From: Acidobacteriota bacterium
Lineage (GTDB): Bacteria; Acidobacteriota; Blastocatellia; Pyrinomonadales; Pyrinomonadaceae
Assembly: GCA_019639235.1 (NCBI GenBank)
Contig: JAHBSG010000003.1
Span: forward strand, 2,446 to 66,445
Length of the DNA: 64,000 bases
Reading direction: 5' to 3'
In this document: piece after piece, positions 21,101 through 29,610 of the stretch
How positions within the stretch are numbered: position 1 is the first letter of the stretch
How the letters are laid out: each line of letters opens with the position of its first letter
Translations under genes and position numbers: made by a program
Notes under the pieces: generated by a model
What the model was told of the DNA's origin: nothing
Database searches by the model: none
The model's input: the letters and a program-made list of their open reading frames with translations, nothing else

Positions 21101-21908
21101 GGTTGTTGAAATAGCTATTCGCTGTCGTAACCGTATTTCGGTGATATTCGTAAAGAGCACCGCGGAATTGGTTCGAGCCCGCCTTCGTTACGAGTGCGAT
21201 CTGGGCACCCGACGAGCGGCCGCGGCTTGCATCCGGGTTCGAGGTGGTTACGCGAAATTCTTCGATCGAGTCCGGTGTAACGCGAAGCACCGGCGTGAAG
21301 GCCGGACCATTCTGCTGTTCATTAACGTCGATGCCATCGAGCGTTATGTTCGCCTGGTCGCTTCGTCCGCCGGCTACCGAACCGTCCGGGGTTACTGCAG
21401 CCTGAAGGCTGAGCAGGTCACCGACGTTTCGGCCTTCGAGCGGAAGTTGAACGATCTGCTCTGATACGAAGTTGTTTCCAAGACTCGCGTCCTGAGTATT
21501 GACAATGTTCTCAATGCCTCCGGTATCGACCGTAACGGTGACATCGACCCCGCCGACTTCCAGTGTGATCGGAAGCTGTGTGGTCTTGTCAACGAGGGCC
21601 TGAAACTCCGAGGTCACTGCCCGTTTGAAGCCCTGGGCTTCGACCTCGATCTTGTACGGACCGGGGTTGACGAGCGAGAATGAGTAGTTTCCTTGTGAGT
21701 TTGTGACTGCGGTTCGACGGGTGTTTTGAGCCACGCTTACAAGCGTAACTGTAGCTCCCGGGACGACCTCATTTTGCTCGTTGAAAATGGTTCCGGCCAC
21801 CGTTGAGGTGCCGGCCTGAGCAAAACCTTGGACGCCCAACAAAGCTACAAAAACGAAGCTCAAAACGGCCATTGAAAGCCCGCTTCTGAACGTCACTTTG
21901 TTGTTCAT
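18132..21908 (-). CDS. TonB-dependent receptor-like outer-membrane protein with N-terminal carboxypeptidase-regulatory-like domain
   Basis: 1258 aa with signal peptide. N-terminal 'GTIFNEQNEVVPGATVTLV...GNYSFSLVNPGPYKIEVEAQGF', plug-like 'ITLDGIDVN', C-terminal aromatic 'FAFRYEF'. Confidence 0.85.
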   Translation of the reverse strand: MNNKVTFRSGLSMAVLSFVFVALLGVQGFAQAGTSTVAGTIFNEQNEVVPGATVTLVSVAQNTRRTAVTNSQGNYSFSLVNPGPYKIEVEAQGFKRAVTSEFQALVDKTTQLPITLEVGGVDVTVTVDTGGIENIVNTQDASLGNNFVSEQIVQLPLEGRNVGDLLSLQAAVTPDGSVAGGRSDQANITLDGIDVNEQQNGPAFTPVLRVTPDSIEEFRVTTSNPDASRGRSSGAQIALVTKAGSNQFRGALYEYHRNTVTTANSYFNNLAGIERPKLIRNLFGGSIGGPIVKDRVFFFYNYEGMRESKEVSVNRLVPLASMGQGQLRYQNTAGQNVTLSLAQLNSLVVPAGGTAPGDVVDMNPLTIALFQSAASRYVANNFQIGDGFNTGGFRFNAPLPVELNTHTARFDWKVTSDEKHTISVRGNYQQDLFANAPAFPDTPGTDTWSHPLGFQVSHTWLISNNLTNRFSYGLTRNAFSDQGDSADNAITFRDVFSPALFARTFSRVTPVQNITNDVNWITGDHTFQFGVNFRIIRNKRTSFAAAFDNGVANSSFYAGAGADLTRAIDNLGAGFEVAPALRLSIQRALTGLIGRLSQYGANFNFRLDGQPQGAGTPVVREWAAEEYDFYAQDSWKIRPNFTLNLGIRYGLSTPVYETQGFQAKPNITLSEYLQRRIDAAEQGQNYTEPLQVILAGKANNAPGFYKMDWDNWQPRISAAWSPNFKSGWLGTIFGTNSESVIRGGFAITNDYFGQALAVNFDGNNRLGFSSNQTISANTYNITTNPAPLYTGSGMAIRTLPGITVPAAATFPQQQPFNDSRRIEGSLDDDLVSPINYSWNVSLGRRMPWGMYVEASYVGRLARNLLAARDVMAPNNLRDPVSGQTYYEAAQALEWHRRNGTPVTQVPNQPFFENMYAPGSLDALFFGTGLSNSRAVYGIMANSRSPGCEPTNPITFGCYEFGTDWTFLQDVFDRFTGNRYFYQRQYGALSAYGTIGSSDYHGATLSVRQRYKGLTWDLNYTFSKSIDDASGLQTSGVYGTAFILNPLRQEDNKAVSDFDLRHVVNVNAIWDVPIGRGRTFFSGMNKIADAFLGGWQFSSIYRWNTGYPSGPYFDVAGWPTNWNVRSNMVQLRPISQTPSRTSGTGGVPNAYTNRLAAYRAFRSPAPGESGDRNQLREPDFWVMDMGLQKAFNMPWNENHKIKIRWDVFNVTNSVQFFGNADPTFGLDPDIVGAPGPSFGNYVGTQGPARVMQFAFRYEF

Positions 21909-22195
21909 AGGTTCCTCCTAGCAAGTAAATTGAAAAGGACTGTCCAATCTTCGGAACAAGAGTAGGAGCCTTTGTTTTCGGATTGGAAGGCAATTCGACA
22001 TCTTTAAATGACGCACGAACCGTGCCATCGGGGCTTCAGTCGGGATGCCGCATAGATTTCGGGAAAGAATTCGGCTTACCCATTTATTCACAATGGTTTA
22101 GCGAGACCGAACCGATATCAGCTTGTGCGTTTGGTCGATAGCGAACTGCGAAGATTTAATCAGAAATTCGATTTTTATTCAAATTTTCGGAATTT

Positions 22196-23116
22196 TTATC
22201 TGTCAGAAAGCCGGGCGGCGATCGCTTTTGCCGCCGTCGCCCCCATTCCCGTGGCGGTCGAAATGGTCGGTGAGATAGGGTTAGCGACGTCGCCGCAGGC
22301 GTAGATCATCGGGATGCTCGTCTCCGAATTGACATCGACATGAACATAGCCCGAGACATCGAGTTCGGCGAGCCCGCGGAGAAGTTCTGAGTTCGGCTTA
22401 AAGCCGATCCGGACAAGAAGAAGATCCGCGTCAATGGAATCTCCGGTTCCGCCCGGGCCGGCAACGTCAACGCCCTCGAAGCGCTCCTCGCCGCGGATCG
22501 CGGTCAAAAAAGATTCTGTTCGTAGCTCGACGTTTCCGGCCGCCTTCGCCTTCGCAAAAAACTCCGGCCGCGCCCTGAATTCGCGGCTCCGATGGATGAC
22601 CGTCACTTGCTCGGCATGCTCGCCGAGTATCAATGCATTCTCGATCGCCGCATCACCGCCGCCGACAATGATGACGTGCTTGCCTTTGGCTTCCTCACGC
22701 TGCCCGGCACCGGAGCGAAGAACACCCTTGCCCACGAGCTCATCTTCGCCGCGAAGACCGAGCTTCCTTCGGCTGACGCCCGTCGCAAGGATCACTGCCG
22801 ACGGCCGAAACTCCTCGCCCGTTTCGGTCCGAACTGCGAGCGGTTCGGCCCCGATCGACTCGACCCGCGTCCCCAGCATCTGGCGGAATGCGAATTGCTC
22901 TTGCCATCTCAGAAGGCTCGCGGCGAACTCGCGTCCGTTCGCGGCCTCTAGCCCGGGATAGTTCACTATCGGGTTGTTGATCGAATGAAGCTGCCCGCCG
23001 GGCGCGTCGCCTTCTTCGATCAGAACGGCCGAAAGCCCAAGGTCGGCGCACCATGCCGCGGCCGAAAGGCCTGCCGGCCCGCCGCCAATCACGACCACAT
23101 CCGGGTTCGTTTCCAT
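22196..23116 (-). CDS. Thioredoxin-reductase-like FAD/NAD(P) oxidoreductase lacking the CxxC redox centre
   Basis: Trimmed to 'METNPDVVVIGGGPAGLSAA'. Second Rossmann 'HVIIVGGGDAAIENA' and 'YACGDVA'. The position of TrxB 'CATC' reads 'RSGAGQ'. Confidence 0.8.
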   Translation of the reverse strand: METNPDVVVIGGGPAGLSAAAWCADLGLSAVLIEEGDAPGGQLHSINNPIVNYPGLEAANGREFAASLLRWQEQFAFRQMLGTRVESIGAEPLAVRTETGEEFRPSAVILATGVSRRKLGLRGEDELVGKGVLRSGAGQREEAKGKHVIIVGGGDAAIENALILGEHAEQVTVIHRSREFRARPEFFAKAKAAGNVELRTESFLTAIRGEERFEGVDVAGPGGTGDSIDADLLLVRIGFKPNSELLRGLAELDVSGYVHVDVNSETSIPMIYACGDVANPISPTISTATGMGATAAKAIAARLSDR

Positions 23117-23428
23117 ATTTCTCTCCGGTCTTTGCAGTGGCTCTGCACGATCCGTCTTGCCGCTTTCTGTCATTGGCTCGTTGACAGATTTTGTCACTTC
23201 AGCCGAATTCGGAGCTTCGGGCGGCAAAGCTCTCTTACTTGCCAAAGCCCTTTGTGAACTTGATTTTAGGCTCGCACCGCCGCGAATCCAAGTCCGACTG
23301 ACCTGCTTTCCGGCTGGCACTGTAATTGCTGTTGAATCTCCTTCGCCAGTGGGTTTACCAACTCCGGTACCCGGCCTCCCAAGACCGCACCGCTCGTTAT
23401 TCCGCTTCAAATTTGGCACTAGAGGCTT

Positions 23429-25936
23429 ATGATCTTAGAACAAGAACCCGCAGTCGCTTCAAACTCCGTTACTGAAGAATCGCCTTTCGTTAGTTCGCCG
23501 GGCGACCTGTTTTCCGAGTCCGAGGATTACCTACGCCAGGGCATTCGGAACGCGCAGGCCGGCAATCGGAACGATGCCCGCGTAGCACTTCTCCGCTCGG
23601 TCGAACTCAATCCCGGCTCCGAGAATGCTTGGCTCTGGCTCGCTTCGATCAGCGAATACCCCGAGGAACTTCTAGGCTTTCTGAACCACGTCCTTGAGAT
23701 CAATCCGGCAAACCAGCGCGCCCTCGAATGGCGCTCGGCGACTAACGCCTTGCTTGCAAAGACGTTTCTTCAGCGTGGACACGAAGCGGTCGAACAAGGA
23801 ATGACAGAGCAGGCTTCGGATATGTTTTCCAAGGCCCTCGAGCACGACCAGAACTGTGCCGCGGCATGGCTCAACCTGGCAAACCTTGCCGATTCCAACG
23901 AAGGCAAGCTCCTTTATCTTGAGAAAGCTCTGGCTATCGATCCCGATAACGTTGAGGCCCGTGCCGCCTTTGCCGATGTCCGGAAGTCGATGACGTCCGG
24001 TTATCTTGAAGAAGCGAAAGCCGCTGCCGTTGCCGGCCGCGTCGCCGATGCCAACGAACTTCTCGACGCCGTTCTTGAAGAAATGCCGGATTCCGAAGAT
24101 GCCTGGATGCTCCGCTCGCACTTTGCCGCCGGTTTCGAAGACAAGATCGCCGCGTTCCAACGCGTGCTTGAGATAAATCCGGAGAACGTCGCCGCCCGTG
24201 TCGGGCTCGAATCGCTCCGTTCCCTGCTTCCGAGCGTTCCCGTTGCCGAACCGGCAGTCAGCGAACCGGTCTTGGAGGTCGAAGCTCCGGCAGAAGAGGC
24301 AGTTCGCGAAGAAGAGCCCGAGATGTCCGTCTCGCTCCAGAGCGGCCTGCTTGAAGCTCCGGTAGTTGAGGACAAGAGCCCGACCGAAGATCTGGAAATG
24401 CCCGAAGGCGTCGCCGAGGCATTTGAGGCTGCCAGCGAAGTACCCGTCGCGGAAGTTAGCGAAGAACCGGTCGCCGAATTCAACGAACCCGCAGAGGAAG
24501 TTGCGGAACCGCAGGCTTATTTCGAAGAACCGGCCGAAACTTTCTTCCCGGTCGAAGAAGCGGTTACCGAAGAGGTCCCCAATTACGAAGCACCACAGGA
24601 AACCGTAGAGGAAGAAGTGATCGAACAGCCTGAGGCATTGTTCGAACCTCAGCCGACGGAAGAATATATCGAGCAGCCGCCGATGGCGTCCGAGCTGTCG
24701 TTCGTCGAGGCCGCCGATGATGAGTCGATCGACGAGGTCCGCTATGACGCCCCGATCGCTCCGCCCACCGAAGAACACGTTTTCGAGCCGCAGGCCGAGG
24801 AGCCGAATCCCTTTGCGACGAGGGTCGAAACGAATGGCTCTTTCGATCCGTTCTCGACCATCGCGGCAATGCCGCATGAAGTTTTTGACGCCGCCCGCGG
24901 CTTCATCGCTCCTGAACCCGTTGCCGAAGTAGCTCAGCCCGAGGAAAACGAAACACCGGCTCAGCCGTTTCTCGATGTAGCATCGGATCCGGCGCCGGAC
25001 TTCGGTTCGATGACAATGTTCACCTCCGCCGCCGATCCATTCTCGGCGGTCGCACCGAGCTTTGGCGATGAGATCCCCCGGCCCGAGACCTCCCCGGCCG
25101 AGCATCAGGCCGCCTCAACCGTTGACGATCGCTCGCAGAACGGCCACCAGCATGTCGAGACCCATCGCCCGTGCCCGTTCTGCACGACCGAGAACGACGT
25201 CTTCTCCGTCGTTTGCGGAAACTGCTTTGCGGTGCTTTCGCTCTCCGATATCGAGATGCTTCTCGCTAACCAGAGTGCCGAGCAATGGGTAATCCGCCAG
25301 TCGCTCATTGCACTTGAAGGCGAGCGAAGCCAGCGACATCTCAACGAGGTCGAGCTCACCAATCTTGGCATCGGCTACATCAATCTCCGCGAGTTTGATA
25401 AGGGCTACTTCTATCTGGTCGAGGCCGCACAGGCCAATCCTGATAACGTTGTCCTCTCAAGCCACGTCAATTCGCTCCACATCCGCATCGAAGAGATCAA
25501 ACAGAAGCTCGGCAACGATGGTGCAAAGGTCAGCGGCAAGACGATCCTCGTCGTTGACGACAGCCCGACCATCCGCAAGCTGATCAGCGGCAAGCTCGAA
25601 AAGAGCGGCCACGAGGTCTTCTGTGCGTCCGATGGCGTCGAGGCTCTCGAGATGCTCAAGGCACTCGAACCGGACCTCATTCTCCTTGATATCACAATGC
25701 CGCGGATGGACGGCTACCAGGTCTGCAAAACGATCAAGAGTGCCCCGGAAACCAAGGACATCCCGGTCGTTATGATCTCCGGAAAGGACGGATTTTTTGA
25801 TAAGGTCCGCGGCCGGATGGCCGGCACATCAGGCTATATCACCAAGCCCTTCGGCCCCGAGACGCTTATGAAGGTGGTCGAAGGCTACCTTGCCGGCGAT
25901 GCCGAGGCCGCAGAAATGGAAGAGTATGCACAATGA
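23429..25936 (+). CDS. TPR - acidic disordered region - zinc ribbon - TPR - receiver domain protein (PilG/CheY-like output)
   Basis: 835 aa. N-terminal TPRs; roughly 300 aa E/P/A-rich; 'CPFCTTENDVFSVVCGNCF'; C-terminal REC 'ILVVDDSPTIRK...LILLDITMPRMDG...KPF'. Confidence 0.85.
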   Translation: MILEQEPAVASNSVTEESPFVSSPGDLFSESEDYLRQGIRNAQAGNRNDARVALLRSVELNPGSENAWLWLASISEYPEELLGFLNHVLEINPANQRALEWRSATNALLAKTFLQRGHEAVEQGMTEQASDMFSKALEHDQNCAAAWLNLANLADSNEGKLLYLEKALAIDPDNVEARAAFADVRKSMTSGYLEEAKAAAVAGRVADANELLDAVLEEMPDSEDAWMLRSHFAAGFEDKIAAFQRVLEINPENVAARVGLESLRSLLPSVPVAEPAVSEPVLEVEAPAEEAVREEEPEMSVSLQSGLLEAPVVEDKSPTEDLEMPEGVAEAFEAASEVPVAEVSEEPVAEFNEPAEEVAEPQAYFEEPAETFFPVEEAVTEEVPNYEAPQETVEEEVIEQPEALFEPQPTEEYIEQPPMASELSFVEAADDESIDEVRYDAPIAPPTEEHVFEPQAEEPNPFATRVETNGSFDPFSTIAAMPHEVFDAARGFIAPEPVAEVAQPEENETPAQPFLDVASDPAPDFGSMTMFTSAADPFSAVAPSFGDEIPRPETSPAEHQAASTVDDRSQNGHQHVETHRPCPFCTTENDVFSVVCGNCFAVLSLSDIEMLLANQSAEQWVIRQSLIALEGERSQRHLNEVELTNLGIGYINLREFDKGYFYLVEAAQANPDNVVLSSHVNSLHIRIEEIKQKLGNDGAKVSGKTILVVDDSPTIRKLISGKLEKSGHEVFCASDGVEALEMLKALEPDLILLDITMPRMDGYQVCKTIKSAPETKDIPVVMISGKDGFFDKVRGRMAGTSGYITKPFGPETLMKVVEGYLAGDAEAAEMEEYAQ

Positions 25937-26457
25937 CCCTCGAAACCGTTTCAATTTCCCCCGAACGGCATGAGGCAGCCTCACATCCTGTAAGCGACCC
26001 GACAAAGCCGGCGGCCAGCTCCCTTTCAAGGTTCCTTTCGTTCGTCATCGGCGGCGGCAGATACTGCGTGCCGGCTGATGCCGTCGTCGAGGTCTCTCAT
26101 CCGCTTGACCTGGCCCGGCTGCCAAAGTCGCCTGCAGATGTGCTAGGCGTTGCCTCGTTCACCGGCGAGATCGCTCTCGTCGTCGATCTTCGTTCCTTGC
26201 TTAGCGAATCGCGGCCCGGCCCCGAAAGCAAACCGAAAATGCTTCGGCTCGCCGCCGTTGGTGAAGAAACCAACATCGCCTTTCCGGTCGATGCCGTCGG
26301 CGAGGTCTTCTCGGCCGATGCGGCGTCGTTCGTACCCGCAGGCGGCGGCAAGCTCGTTGCCGGTACATTCTCCGGCGGCTCGCCTCAGGCCGTCTCATTG
26401 CTCCTGCCGAATGCGATCCGTTCGATCGTTGATCCACGTTCCGCCTCACTCTCTTGA
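25933..26457 (+). CDS. cheW: CheW-like coupling protein
   Basis: 'FLSFVIGGGRYCVPADAVVEV...LPKSPADVLGVASFTGEIALVVDLRSLL'. ATGA overlap with the upstream gene. Confidence 0.85.
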   Translation: MTLETVSISPERHEAASHPVSDPTKPAASSLSRFLSFVIGGGRYCVPADAVVEVSHPLDLARLPKSPADVLGVASFTGEIALVVDLRSLLSESRPGPESKPKMLRLAAVGEETNIAFPVDAVGEVFSADAASFVPAGGGKLVAGTFSGGSPQAVSLLLPNAIRSIVDPRSASLS

Positions 26458-26460
26458 TCG

Positions 26461-28089
26461 ATGAACCGCCCAACCTCAGAACCAGCCGCCTCGAGTCTCC
26501 GCAACCGCATTTGGCTTGCGGTTTGCATTCTTGCGGCTCTCAATGCGGTCGTCGGGTTGATCGGATTCGCTGCAGCGACCTACATTTTCTCTTCGTTCGA
26601 GATACCGTTCATCGCGGCGATCGTCGTCGGAGCCGCCGTCACCGCCGCTTACGGCAGATGGCTTGCCGATGACGCGATCCAGCCGGTCGAAAAGACACTT
26701 CTCGCCTCAAAGAGCCTCGAGCGCAACCCGAACGGCGACATTCCGGGCGCGACCGGTGCCGCCGAAACTGACGAGATCCTGGCCAGCATCAAACGCAACG
26801 GCCACCAGCTTCGCAACTTGATAAAGCTGATGGAGGACGTCGCAAGCGGCAACACCAATGCGGCCCTCGAACCTTTCGAGTATTCAGACCGCGTAACCGC
26901 CTCGGCACAGAAACTCATCGCGAAAGTGACCGGCTCGGTCGATGCCGGCGGCGAGCTTGAGGAACTTCGCACCGCGATCCAAAGGCTCTCAAAGGACCTT
27001 TCACCGGCGGTCAGCGGCTCGCCCGTGCCCGAGGTCGCCGCCTCCGGCCCGCTTGCCGAGGTCGCCCGCCCGGTCAATGCACTTCGCCTGCAGCTTGAAG
27101 AAAGCCGCCGCGAACTCGCCGGTGCGATCACCGCTTCCGAGAACCTTGCTTCCCAGCTCGCTGAAAGGACATCAACTGCCCGCGGCCGCTCCGCTGCCGG
27201 CAAGGGCGTCCTCGATGAAAGCATCGCCCGGCTCCGCTCGCCGCTTACGCCACGTCCCGAGCTAGATGAATCGCTGACAATACTCCGGGCAATGTCGGGC
27301 GACCCGAAGATTCTCGAACTTGGCCGTAACTCGACCAGCGGCCTCAAGGCGGGAGTCGATGGCCTCGGGCTCCACGTCGGCGAGTTGCACCGGACGATCC
27401 GCGAACTTCGCGAGAATTCGCTCTCGATCCAGAACCTCGCCCGCCAGAGTGACGAATTTGCCCGCAAGCTGAAGCTGATCGCTCTCAATGCCAGCGTCGG
27501 CGGCGGCAAGGCCAATTCCCAGTCGGTCGCCGATGAGCTGATCGAGATGGCAGAAAAGATCGGCCGTTTCTCTATCGAAAGCGGCAACGCCCTTCGCGTC
27601 CATGCCGAACGGATCACCGAGAGCGATTCCCTCCTCCAGCGGATCGAGACCGGTGCCGCCTCGCTCGGTGAGGAAGCCCGCGAGTTCTCCGAGGTCGCCG
27701 CCTCCGTCGCTCCGCTTCTGTCCGTCACCGCAAGGCTTCCCGAAATAATTACGTCGCTCGTCGCAGAACGCTCGGCCGAACGCAGTGATCTGCTCAAGCG
27801 GCTGACCGCCCTTCATTTCGAGCTCGCCGGGCTCGTCGGCGAACTCGATTCGGTCGATTCGAGCATTCGCGAAAGCCGGTCGGCGATACTCAGGTCGAGA
27901 CAGCAGATCGCCGAAAAGTCCCCTGCACCGGCTCCGATCCCTGCGGAACCGCCCGCTGCTGAACCTGAGATCGAACCCGACGAATACAACGGCCCGCACC
28001 GCGAAAGCCTTCCTTCGACCGATTTTGAGGACCCGCTATCACCGGCCGATATGCTCGAGATACCGCAGGAAAACGCCCTCGTCCAATGA
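26461..28089 (+). CDS. Atypical methyl-accepting chemotaxis-like protein (TM hairpin, no periplasmic domain)
   Basis: Two adjacent TM helices and a long coiled coil. Degenerate tip motif 'LKLIALNASVGGGKANSQSVADELIEMAEKI'. Confidence 0.7.
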   Translation: MNRPTSEPAASSLRNRIWLAVCILAALNAVVGLIGFAAATYIFSSFEIPFIAAIVVGAAVTAAYGRWLADDAIQPVEKTLLASKSLERNPNGDIPGATGAAETDEILASIKRNGHQLRNLIKLMEDVASGNTNAALEPFEYSDRVTASAQKLIAKVTGSVDAGGELEELRTAIQRLSKDLSPAVSGSPVPEVAASGPLAEVARPVNALRLQLEESRRELAGAITASENLASQLAERTSTARGRSAAGKGVLDESIARLRSPLTPRPELDESLTILRAMSGDPKILELGRNSTSGLKAGVDGLGLHVGELHRTIRELRENSLSIQNLARQSDEFARKLKLIALNASVGGGKANSQSVADELIEMAEKIGRFSIESGNALRVHAERITESDSLLQRIETGAASLGEEAREFSEVAASVAPLLSVTARLPEIITSLVAERSAERSDLLKRLTALHFELAGLVGELDSVDSSIRESRSAILRSRQQIAEKSPAPAPIPAEPPAAEPEIEPDEYNGPHRESLPSTDFEDPLSPADMLEIPQENALVQ

Positions 28090-29609
28090 ACTCATCATTC
28101 GGAAAATTGATCGTCAGGTCGCTCGCCTTCATCGGCGGCGGCCTCTTGCTGCTTGGCATTGTGCTCGTCATGCTTGCCAAGGCCGGAGCGATCGCCGATG
28201 GCCCGGTCGTGCTGATGTCGCTAACTCTCGGCTCGGCGATCACCATCGCGGCCCTCGTTATGCTTACGATGCAGGACCGCGAGAACGCACGCCGCTTTGC
28301 CTCGGCCGCCGCGGCGGCTGCGGACATCGCCGAAGGCAGGCCTGCCGGCTTTGAAGCCGACGACGAACTTAAGACCTCGCTCCGCTCGATCGGCAACTAC
28401 CTTTCTCAGAACGCCAAGGCCCTCGAGGCCCTTGCCCGCGACGGCCGTCTGGGCGGCTTCTCGCCCGCCGGCCAGGACGACCGGCTTGGCAACGCCATCG
28501 CCGCCCTCGCGACGAGATTTTCGGCCAACGACCAGAACGACGAAGCGTTCGCTCAGCTCGAGCGTGCGCTGCTCCGCCTTTCCGCCGACCTTTCCGGCGT
28601 CGCTTCCGGCGACCTCTCGCTCCGTTCCGAAACGCGGCTTGAGGCGATGGAGGAAGTGACGGCCGCGTTCAATCTCCTGACCGGTAACCTTTCCGCGACC
28701 GTCGGCCGGCTCCGCAAAGCATCCGACACGGCAGTCTCTGTTTCCGGCTCGATCACCGAGGCCGCCGAACACGTTTCCCGCGGGAGCAACGCCCAGGCGT
28801 CGCAGTCCGCACGCACCCGAACGGCCCTTGAGTCGCTCGCCGCCGAGATGCGCCGCATAGCCGCCGCTGCCGAACGCTCGGCCGGCATCGCGACGACCGT
28901 CTTCGGCAATTCACGCTCCGGTGCCGCCTCGGCGAGCAACAATATCGCCGCGACCGAGGCCATCCGCAAGCAGGTCCAGGAAACGGCCAAGCGCGTCAAG
29001 AGGCTCGGCGAACGCTCGCAGGAGATCGGCCAGATCGTCTCGCAGATAGACGACCTCAGCGACCGCACCAGCATCCTTGCCCTCAACGCTTCGCTCCAGA
29101 GAGGCCAGAACGCTCTGCCCACTTCAGTTGGCGGCGGCATCTCGACCGTCGCCGAAGAGATCGAACGGCTTGCCGACCGCTCGACGCGGCTGACCCAGCA
29201 GATCGCCTCGATGACGCAGGCGATCAACCTCGAGACCAAGGAACTCGTCACATCGATGGAGGAGACCGTCCGCCAGGTTTCGCTCGGTTCAGTCTCCGCC
29301 GAGCGTTCGGCCCGCTCGCTCTTCGACATCGAAAAGAGCACGCAGGAACTCACCTCGCTTCTTTCCGAACTCCTTACGGCAACCCGCGGACAAACGGCTA
29401 ATGCCGAATCCGCCGCCGCCTCGATGAAAGAGATCGCCGAGGTCGCCGACCTTGTCCGTATGAGCTCGGCCCAGTTCTCCGATCAGCTCGGCCACCTCGC
29501 CCGCTCGGTCTCAGATGTGCAACTCGCCGTTTCTCCTTTCAAGCTTCCCGCGCCTGAGGCCCGCCGAGAGGCACCGCAGCCCGCTCAGGACAACCGCTTT
29601 GTGAACTAA
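28086..29609 (+). CDS. Atypical methyl-accepting chemotaxis protein (TM hairpin, HAMP-like, signalling domain)
   Basis: Tip motif 'SILALNASLQRGQNALPTSVGGGISTVAEEIERLADRS'. ATGA overlap with the upstream MCP. Confidence 0.8.
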   Translation: MNSSFGKLIVRSLAFIGGGLLLLGIVLVMLAKAGAIADGPVVLMSLTLGSAITIAALVMLTMQDRENARRFASAAAAAADIAEGRPAGFEADDELKTSLRSIGNYLSQNAKALEALARDGRLGGFSPAGQDDRLGNAIAALATRFSANDQNDEAFAQLERALLRLSADLSGVASGDLSLRSETRLEAMEEVTAAFNLLTGNLSATVGRLRKASDTAVSVSGSITEAAEHVSRGSNAQASQSARTRTALESLAAEMRRIAAAAERSAGIATTVFGNSRSGAASASNNIAATEAIRKQVQETAKRVKRLGERSQEIGQIVSQIDDLSDRTSILALNASLQRGQNALPTSVGGGISTVAEEIERLADRSTRLTQQIASMTQAINLETKELVTSMEETVRQVSLGSVSAERSARSLFDIEKSTQELTSLLSELLTATRGQTANAESAAASMKEIAEVADLVRMSSAQFSDQLGHLARSVSDVQLAVSPFKLPAPEARREAPQPAQDNRFVN

Positions 29610-29610
29610 G

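Noticed and set aside
23117-23419. N-terminal 101-codon extension of the TrxR-like ORF
   Set aside because: The extension is low-complexity and precedes the canonical 'VVVIGGGPAG' FAD motif by far more than is normal. The ATG at 23116 gives a standard-length protein.
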